A stretch of 64,000 nt of DNA from Thermoproteota archaeon. GTDB lineage: Archaea > Korarchaeota > Korarchaeia > Korarchaeales > JAOZGB01. Below the pieces are notes generated by a model. That model saw only the letters and a program-made list of their open reading frames with translations, was not told the DNA's origin and searched no databases. Of this stretch, positions 59,441-64,000 are shown piece after piece; the first letter of the stretch is position 1; each line of letters begins with the position of its first letter. The stretch covers positions 128,001-192,000 of the forward strand of contig JAVCBU010000003.1 of assembly GCA_037917685.1 (NCBI GenBank). Reading direction: 5' to 3'. The position numbers and the translations under genes were made by a program.

Positions 59441-60240
59441 ATGTCTAAGAATAATAAAATAAGGATTGAGGATTTAAACCTCGAAAATATCAACGATCTA
59501 TCTCTCTGCATAGGTAGCGAAATGGCTGAGAATCCCTTGTTTAAAAGAGGGTTAGCGGAGAAAAAGAAGTGGGCACAGGCTATGATAGAGAAGGGCTTTC
59601 CTCTTGCAAAAATAGCTTATTCGGGTTCAAAACCTATAGGGCTTATTCAGTATAGGTTAAAGCCCGAGGAGAGAATTATCTGGATAGACTGTATATATGT
59701 TCACGGGAAGGAAAACCAACATAGAGGAGTCGGTAAAGCTCTTCTGCAAAGCTTAATAAGAGACGTTGAGAAACCTATGGCAGCTTTGAACGGTAAGCCT
59801 CCAAGGGCGCTCGTAACCTACGCATTTGAGACAGAAGCCGGATACCCACAGCACCTTTTCTATTTGAAGATGGGCTTCAAGAAGGTCGGCGAGGGCGATC
59901 CTCACCTCCTTTACCTTCCATTTGAAGCGGGCTACGTGTATAAACTATACGTAAAACCTACAAGCCTATCAAGGAGGATAAAGGGAAAGCGGTAATATTA
60001 TACTTCCCTGATTGCCCATTCTCCTACTACTTCGCTGACAAGATGAGAAGAATAATTAAGGATGTAGCTCCCAATCTCCCCATTGAGATAATCAACACCT
60101 TTGAGAAGCCTGAGGAGCCCGAGAAAAGGCACTCGGAGCCTTTCACATGCATAGTTAACATGAAACAGATCGAAACATTCGTAACAGACGAAGAAGCGTT
60201 TAGAAAAGAGGTTAAGGAGGCGTGTTCAAACCAGGCATAG
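59441..60240 (+). pseudogene. GNAT acetyltransferase with YoaP-like C-terminus, frameshifted near 59950
   Basis: IDCIYV..HRGVGKALL, FYLKMGF; continues in another frame as YKPIKEDKGKAVILYFPDCPFSYYF into ORF 60043..60240. Confidence 0.8.
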
Positions 60241-60337
60241 AATTTGCATGAGCGGAAGTCTGATCTGAGCAGGCTTAATGGCCTCCCATAGTATAGCTTA
60301 GGTAACAGATATACCTTAGCTATACTATATCTGTTAC

Positions 60338-61627
60338 CTATGCGGTGTTTTCCACACTATTTTGTCTAATGATGGTATATGGGCCGTCGGGGATTATTGC
60401 GATAGATTTTTCACTGTTCTCCCTTACTCCTGCCTCTTCGAGCGCTTCTTCAAACTGTCTGACTGCTTTTAAACCCATCCTTTCCGCATCCTTCCTGCCC
60501 AAGTGTTCAGATACAACTATAATGTTAGCTTTAAGCATTATTCTTGCAAGTATCTGCGCCTCCCACTGGTCTCTTAAAGGCTCGTTCTCACGGATGTATT
60601 CCAGCACGTCTCTTGGACTTTCACCGATTTCCATAAGCCTCTGAAAATCAGGATGAGCTACTCCGTCCCTGCACTCCGAAACTATGATTATCGTACCGCC
60701 CTTCTTAACTACTGACTCAGCAGTTGACATTCCCTTAACAGCTTGGTAAAGGTTCCTGTCCAACGGGTACCCACCGTTGCTTGTGACCACTACGTCATAC
60801 CTCGTGGTGACATCCACGGTGGATTCCTGTGAAACCTTTCTTGTAGCCCTCAGATACGCATCGTCCACATTCCCCGCGTAAACGCCAGATATCTTTCTCC
60901 CACTTACAGTTACATTAACAATTAAGTCCAGCCCCGCCATCCGGCCAGCCTGCCATATATCCTCGTGAATGGGGTTCCCTTCCAAGACGCCGGCCCGCGC
61001 CCGGGGGTGCCCTATCATTTTATAGCTGTGATTTTGGTAGACTGTTTCGGTTGATGAGATTCCTGGAAGGATGCTCTTGTAGCCTCCACTAAACCCGGCG
61101 AAGAAGTGGGGCTCCACAAGCCCCGTAGCTATCTTGAACTTTGCCTCGATGAAAGACCTGTTTATCCAAACATTGGTTCCAAAAGTGGTGCGTCCAAGAA
61201 ACACATGCTGGTCCATGTCGTCTGAGACATGGTTTAGAACATTATATCTCCCAACTATATCCTCACCAAGGTTTTCAGCGAGCTCTCCACGTGTCATAGG
61301 TTTATGGAGCCCGTTTGCAACCAGTATCGTCAAATACTCGGTTTTCACACCTTCGGACTCTAGCTGTTTTAGAAGAATTGGAAGAATTAGATCGTTAAAA
61401 GCAAGCCTGGTCTTATCGCTAACAACAATACAAATTCTGCCCCCGCTTTCCCTTATCCTTTCTTTACAGCTCTTAACGGCGAAGGCGATGGGATTTTCCA
61501 AATCTACGCGTGCTTCTTCAATAACAGTCCTCCTAGGCTTAAATACATCTACACTGTTCCCCCCGGGTATCTCTACTTCGAGAAAACTTTGACCATAAGG
61601 AATCTTCAATTCAAACACTATACCCAT
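60338..61627 (-). CDS. larA: LarA-family nickel-pincer racemase/epimerase
   Basis: SDKTR, ANGLHKP, EPHFFAGFSGGYKSILPG, GGYPLDRNLYQAVK. Confidence 0.9.
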   Translation of the reverse strand: MGIVFELKIPYGQSFLEVEIPGGNSVDVFKPRRTVIEEARVDLENPIAFAVKSCKERIRESGGRICIVVSDKTRLAFNDLILPILLKQLESEGVKTEYLTILVANGLHKPMTRGELAENLGEDIVGRYNVLNHVSDDMDQHVFLGRTTFGTNVWINRSFIEAKFKIATGLVEPHFFAGFSGGYKSILPGISSTETVYQNHSYKMIGHPRARAGVLEGNPIHEDIWQAGRMAGLDLIVNVTVSGRKISGVYAGNVDDAYLRATRKVSQESTVDVTTRYDVVVTSNGGYPLDRNLYQAVKGMSTAESVVKKGGTIIIVSECRDGVAHPDFQRLMEIGESPRDVLEYIRENEPLRDQWEAQILARIMLKANIIVVSEHLGRKDAERMGLKAVRQFEEALEEAGVRENSEKSIAIIPDGPYTIIRQNSVENTA

Positions 61628-61809
61628 CCTCCATCCTATTTTAATATTCTTAACATGGACCCGCTACGGTCCAGCCATAATTTCCATAAGCGTTTACAAA
61701 GTATCAGGGATGGTTTCGCTGGATGATTGGTATAGCTGGCGTACGGGTCTAGTGTTTCGTATGCGAATGTCTAGGTATGTTTAAAATTACATAGGGGGCA
61801 TTTATCCAG

Positions 61810-62985
61810 GTGGAATTGAAAGCTAAAAGGTTTCTGGCTTTAACCCTTTATCTTATATTCACACACGCATACATATTATCTTCAGCATATGATATTGAAA
61901 CCATTGCCTATACTAGTACTCCACCATTTGTTGTTCATGTTTGGGTTAATAAGGGGTGCGGAGCCGAGTATACAGTTGGCGAGTCTATTACAGTATTCTT
62001 CTCCTCCAATAGGAATGCAACTGTCGAGCTTATAGCTTTCACTAGTAGTGGAGCGAGCTATCTATTCGTCGGAAACATTATAGAGAACGAAATATATACA
62101 TGGATGGGAAATGTTGGAACAACCCCCGGAGAAGTACTATACGTTCTCAGGGGTTGGAATAACACAGACTACTGTGAGGACTCATGCCTCATATACGTAG
62201 TTGAAATATCCGGCACTCTAACACTAATTGTCCGGGAGAAACAGTCAAACATCTCCTTAAATGGGGTAAAAGTATACCTCAACGGCAGCCTCCAGGGAGA
62301 AACAGGTGAAGACGGTACATTCACAATAGCAGGCCTCGAAACAGGCGTATACAACCTTACACTTAAGAAAACAGGATACTACACATGGAAGGGTATAGTA
62401 CAGATACATCCCGGGCAAACAACAGAAGTCTCAGCATACATGGAGAAAATGCCCGAAGTCGGCGACCTCAAAATCCTCGTGGTGGAAGAAAACACCTTAC
62501 AAAGCATACCCAACGCTCAGATATACATCGACGACCAAATGAAAGGAACAACCGGAGCATACGGCTCCATAACTATTAATAACCTCCAGGCAGGACCCCA
62601 TACAATAACAGTAATAGCAGAAGGATACCAAACATACGAATCTACAATAATGGTTAAGAAATGGAAGCTCAACACATTCATGGCAAAGCTGAAACCAATC
62701 ACTCAGCCTCCTACGACTCCTCCTCCTACAACCCAGCCTCCTACGACTCCTCCTCCTACAACCCAGCCTCCTACGACTCCTCCTCCTACAACCCAGCCTC
62801 CTACGACTCCTCCTCCTACAACCCAGCCTCCTACGACTCCTCCTCCTACAACCCAGCCTCCTACGACTCCTCCTCCTACAACCCAGCCTCCCGCCAGGTC
62901 GATGTACTTAAACACGGTTATAATACTTGCGGCTCTGGTTATAGTGTTATCTATAGCACTTGCGGTATTAGCGCTGAAGAGGTAA
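61810..62985 (+). CDS. Surface protein with two PEGA/CarboxypepD-like domains, Pro/Thr stalk and C-terminal TM
   Basis: Signal peptide, VYLNG..GET, YNLTLKKTGY, IYIDD..GTT, (TQPPTTPPPT)x6, TM plus KR. Confidence 0.85.
   Translation: MELKAKRFLALTLYLIFTHAYILSSAYDIETIAYTSTPPFVVHVWVNKGCGAEYTVGESITVFFSSNRNATVELIAFTSSGASYLFVGNIIENEIYTWMGNVGTTPGEVLYVLRGWNNTDYCEDSCLIYVVEISGTLTLIVREKQSNISLNGVKVYLNGSLQGETGEDGTFTIAGLETGVYNLTLKKTGYYTWKGIVQIHPGQTTEVSAYMEKMPEVGDLKILVVEENTLQSIPNAQIYIDDQMKGTTGAYGSITINNLQAGPHTITVIAEGYQTYESTIMVKKWKLNTFMAKLKPITQPPTTPPPTTQPPTTPPPTTQPPTTPPPTTQPPTTPPPTTQPPTTPPPTTQPPTTPPPTTQPPARSMYLNTVIILAALVIVLSIALAVLALKR
62701..62891 (+). repeat. 30-bp coding tandem repeat, 6 full copies plus a partial
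   Basis: ACCCAGCCTCCTACGACTCCTCCTCCTACA; only the first copy differs by one base. Confidence 0.95.
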
Positions 62986-63022
62986 ACATCAGAACCATGT
63001 AGAATAAACGTCTAACGCCACA

Positions 63023-64000
63023 TTACTTGTACTCATGCTTCATAACTAATGCGTTACCTATAAAGGAAAAGCCTATTCTGCGAAAAGCCTCTATTGTTTC
63101 AGCTCTTATTTTAGGAACCGCGGCGTAGATCCTTCTCGCCCCACGCCTGTAAAGGGTATTAACAGCCTTCACCACCATCAATGCCTCGACAGGCTTCCCC
63201 CACATGTTCTTCACGGTCCTAACTTCTATCCTCCCTATCCCATCGCTTCTCGACAATGCTATCCCATAATGAGACAGTATCCTACCATTTGACACGGCAA
63301 TCTGCTCGTCATAATCGGGTTTCCTAAAGAGCCTTGATACTAGCTGTGTAAAACCTCCCCTTCCAACCCTGAATTTAGACGGTTTAACCTCGTCAAATGA
63401 TTCTACGGCTTCCACGTCGCCTACATCCTTAAGATATCTGAGTATAAACCTGTCGACAAGCTCGTAATCACCCTTGCTTGGGGGTCTAATGGCTACTCCG
63501 GGCTCTCTCCACTCTCTAAACTCATACCTGACCCTCATCTCGAGAATTGCATTCTCATGGGACCTCTTGAAACCATTAGCCTCGAAAAAACGTAATGCAG
63601 GCTTATTATCCTCAAAGACAATGGCCATGAACTTTTCTACATCCCTGCTCAACCAGTACCGCTTAAACTCGGCCAGCATCTCTGAGCCAACCCCCCTCTT
63701 CCTGTAACCCTCAGCGGTACAAACGAGGTGTACCTCAGCAATATTCCTGGTTTCGGGATACGGAAGCCTTGAGATTAGAACCCCAACAAGCCTGTCATCT
63801 ACAACCGCCTTCAACCCGTAATACGCCTCAGCAATGTGTTTGAGGGCTGGACTAGTCTGTATAGTCATGTAGGTTCCAATCTTCCTTACCTCAAAGATAG
63901 GGTTTAGAGTAAGAGGGTAGCCGCCCCTATAGCAGTCTGCAACCAGTTTGACAGCATCATTGAAGTCCTCAACCTCAAGTCTACCAACATTTACCTCCAA
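63023..64000 (-). CDS. Tandem GNAT acetyltransferase (may extend past the window edge)
   Basis: YRKRGVGSEML, NKPALRFFEANGF; second domain AFRRIGF. Confidence 0.85.
   Translation of the reverse strand: MEVNVGRLEVEDFNDAVKLVADCYRGGYPLTLNPIFEVRKIGTYMTIQTSPALKHIAEAYYGLKAVVDDRLVGVLISRLPYPETRNIAEVHLVCTAEGYRKRGVGSEMLAEFKRYWLSRDVEKFMAIVFEDNKPALRFFEANGFKRSHENAILEMRVRYEFREWREPGVAIRPPSKGDYELVDRFILRYLKDVGDVEAVESFDEVKPSKFRVGRGGFTQLVSRLFRKPDYDEQIAVSNGRILSHYGIALSRSDGIGRIEVRTVKNMWGKPVEALMVVKAVNTLYRRGARRIYAAVPKIRAETIEAFRRIGFSFIGNALVMKHEYK

Noticed and set aside
59940-59960. Programmed frameshift in the GNAT gene
   Set aside because: No canonical slippery heptamer or stimulatory structure; mutation or sequencing error is more likely
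62701-62891. Possible CRISPR array
   Set aside because: Repeats are contiguous, have no spacers and are in frame within a CDS

Overview
Chromosomal window of a probably thermophilic, anaerobic TACK-type archaeon (stand-alone 5S rRNA, C/D-box sRNAs, SAMP, EndoQ, Ogg, TATA promoters; lineage inferred, not verified). 1-9 kb: a duplicated tusA-sufS-C/D sRNA-thiolase block with reciprocal gene loss, plus acyl-CoA dehydrogenase and a putative B12-uptake operon with a palindromic operator. 9-16 kb: ferredoxin-fused ETF transcribed divergently from a group 3b [NiFe]-hydrogenase with an atypical C-terminus. 16-39 kb: mostly housekeeping (EndoQ, aminotransferase, oxidative-stress cluster, LemA/HtpX, glycosylation genes). 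39-64 kb: accessory region with toxin-antitoxin modules, a miniature IS200/IS605-like element, many pseudogenes, three decayed radical SAM/SPASM loci (one with CxxGCxxG precursor-like peptides) and surface proteins. The top candidate for a novel system is an ~1690-aa alpha-2-macroglobulin/complement-like thioester protein with an intact GCNEQ motif, a His at the C3-type catalytic position and a hydrophobic hairpin inside its bait region. No CRISPR array or tRNA was seen. All family calls are by motif recognition; no database searches were run.
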